From assembly GCA_947449765.1 (NCBI GenBank), contig CANFSP010000009.1, positions 1,266-65,265 on the forward strand: 64,000 bases of DNA, written 5' to 3'. Positions 62,521 to 64,000 of this stretch are shown here, piece after piece (position 1 is the first letter of the stretch; each line of letters opens with the position of its first letter). The notes below the pieces were generated by a model. The model did not search any database. It was given only the letters and a program-made list of their open reading frames with translations, and was not told where the DNA came from. Origin of the DNA: Actinomycetota bacterium. Lineage in GTDB: Bacteria > Actinomycetota > Actinomycetes > Actinomycetales > Microbacteriaceae. Both the position numbers and the translations under genes were made by a program.

Positions 62521-62551
62521 CCGCCCAACCTGGACCTAGCAGATTGGGCGG
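62521..62551 (-). terminator. hairpin after the upstream amt gene (possible terminator, no U-tract)
   Basis: CCGCCCAA (62521-62528) / TTGGGCGG (62544-62551), 8-bp stem with a 15-nt loop, 19 nt downstream of the stop at 62570. Confidence 0.35.
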
Positions 62552-62569
62552 CGCGTCTCGTGATGCCGA

Positions 62570-63838
62570 CTAGGCCATCTGGTAACCTTCTTCGCCGTGA
62601 ACGACCGTGTCGATTCCCGCGAGCTCGTCTTCGTTCTTCACCCGGAAGCCCATCGTCTTCTCGATGATGAAACCGATGATGAGGCTTGCGACGAAGGAGA
62701 AGGCCAGGACAACTCCGGCGCCGAGCGCCTGCTTGCCGAGCTGATCCCATGAACCGGACTCGAGCAGGCCAACTCCCGTTGCGAAGAAGCCGATGAACAG
62801 CGTTCCGATGATTCCACCGACGAGGTGGATTCCCACCACATCAAGCGAATCGTCGAAACCGAACTTGAACTTGAGCTCGATGGCCAGCGCACAGAGGACA
62901 CCGGCAAGAAGCCCGAGCACGATGGCCCAACCAGGTGTCAGAGCGGCACAGGCCGGCGTGATGGCAACGAGACCAGCAACGGCACCGGATGCGGCACCAA
63001 CCGACGTAGCCTTACCGTCCTTGATGCGCTCGACCACGAGCCATCCCAGAATCGCCGCAGCAGGGGCGACAAGCGTGTTGATGAATGCCTGAGCAGCAAT
63101 GCCGTCTGCGGCGAGTTCGGATCCAGCGTTGAATCCAAACCATCCAAACCACAGGAGTCCGGCACCGAGCATGACCAACGGAACGTTGTGCGGCTTGTCC
63201 ACTCCCTTAGCAAACCCAATTCGCTTACCCAGAACGATTGCCAAAGCAAAGCCAGCGGCACCAGCCGCAATGTGAACCGCGGTACCACCAGCAAAGTCAA
63301 TAACACCCACTAGGTACACGAGCCATCCGCCATCAACGACCGTTGTGCCATTGTCGCCACCGAGGGTGAAGTTGAATACCCACTGTGCGACCGGGAAGTA
63401 CACGATGGTCGACCACAGGAACGCGTAGAGCAACCAAGCGCCAAATTTCGCCCGGTCAGCAATCGCTCCGGAGATCAGGGCAACCGTGATGATGGCAAAA
63501 CCTGCCTGGAAGGCGGCAAAAGCCAAGGGTGGGAACACTGCGCCCTCGGGCACCGTGAGCATGTTGCCGAGGCCGAACTCGGCGGTATTGATGCCGATAA
63601 CGTGAGGGATTCCATAGAAGGTAGCCTCGGGATCATTCTGACTTCCTGGGAACGCAATCGCGTATCCGTACAGGACCCAGGTGACGCCGATGAGTGCCAT
63701 TGCGCCGAAGCTCAGCATCATCATCGAGACAACGCTCTTGGTCTTGACGAGTCCGCCATAGAAGAACGCCAGTGCGGGGGTCATCAGGAGCACTAGTGCT
63801 GCGCTGATGAGGACCCAGGCGGTGTTGCCTGTATCCAT
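62570..63838 (-). CDS. amt: ammonium transporter (Amt family), canonical twin-His
   Basis: The ATG at 63838 gives MDTGNTAWVLISAALVLLMTPALAFFYGGL, colinear with the paralogue's N-terminus (the track start at 63853 adds MKEVH). DFAGGTAVHIAAG and VGIHLVGG are present. By eye it is roughly two-thirds identical to the neighbouring amt. Confidence 0.94.
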   Translation of the reverse strand: MDTGNTAWVLISAALVLLMTPALAFFYGGLVKTKSVVSMMMLSFGAMALIGVTWVLYGYAIAFPGSQNDPEATFYGIPHVIGINTAEFGLGNMLTVPEGAVFPPLAFAAFQAGFAIITVALISGAIADRAKFGAWLLYAFLWSTIVYFPVAQWVFNFTLGGDNGTTVVDGGWLVYLVGVIDFAGGTAVHIAAGAAGFALAIVLGKRIGFAKGVDKPHNVPLVMLGAGLLWFGWFGFNAGSELAADGIAAQAFINTLVAPAAAILGWLVVERIKDGKATSVGAASGAVAGLVAITPACAALTPGWAIVLGLLAGVLCALAIELKFKFGFDDSLDVVGIHLVGGIIGTLFIGFFATGVGLLESGSWDQLGKQALGAGVVLAFSFVASLIIGFIIEKTMGFRVKNEDELAGIDTVVHGEEGYQMA

Positions 63839-63938
63839 GTGAACCTCTTTCATCTCTGTGTGGGCCGCGGTCCCGGAAAGGACAGCGGTCGATGAGATGA
63901 GTTTCGTCGTCGCCTGTTACGCGCAACGGCGCCGAGTC

Positions 63939-63985
63939 GTGTCAGGACTGTTACAAAAGCTCTAGCGAGGTTTCGGGCGTGTTAC
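63939..63985 (-). promoter_or_regulatory. GlnR-type boxes upstream of the upstream amt gene
   Basis: The gene-sense strand reads GTAAC-acgccc-GAAAC-(15 nt)-GTAAC-agtcct-GACAC. The first box is 14/16 identical to the box at 62493-62508. A further GTAAC-n10-GAAAC lies at 63901-63920. Confidence 0.55.
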
Positions 63986-64000
63986 ATCACTCGCTATGGG

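Overview
This window is core chromosome from a high-GC Gram-positive (Actinomycetota). Gene content and order match the conserved actinobacterial housekeeping clusters. A Micrococcales/Microbacteriaceae-type streamlined genome is my guess only. About 58 of 61 protein genes lie on the minus strand and are tightly packed, many with overlapping stop/start codons. Read 5'->3' on the minus strand (right to left), the order is:
- two tandem ammonium transporters and a four-tRNA cluster (Val-CAC is the one plus-strand tRNA; Gly-Cys-Val-GAC are on minus)
- thrS, a HIT/Ap4A-phosphorylase-like gene, pdxS-pdxT, yebC, ruvCAB, yajC-secD-secF, relA
- a small plus-strand block (membrane cyclophilin, DUF349 protein, one orphan ORF)
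- rarA, rpsD, alaS-ruvX-mltG, aroE-aroC-aroK-aroB-aroQ, efp-nusB
- pyrR-pyrB-pyrC-(membrane ORF)-carA-carB-pyrF, a fused mihF-gmk ORF, rpoZ, coaBC, metK, priA, fmt, rsmB, rpe
- hisE-hisG-hisF-hisI-trpE-(two membrane ORFs)-trpC-trpB-trpA, lgt, gltB-gltD, and the 5' part of pyk

I found no transposase, integrase, CRISPR array, rRNA or obvious defence/accessory island, and I cannot honestly point to a novel multi-gene system. The observations most worth a second look are:
1. A 3 x 70-bp tandem repeat that reiterates the 3' end of tRNA-Val(GAC), together with a 16-bp trailer/T-arm complementarity.
2. One of the two Amt paralogues has Glu in place of the first twin-His pore histidine.
3. Near-identical GTAAC-n6-GAAAC (GlnR-type) boxes sit upstream of both amt genes, and no glnK/glnD follows them.
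4. mIHF and Gmk are fused in frame.
5. PriA has degenerate Walker A/B motifs.

All product calls rest on reading the supplied translations for family-specific motifs and on synteny. No database search was run.
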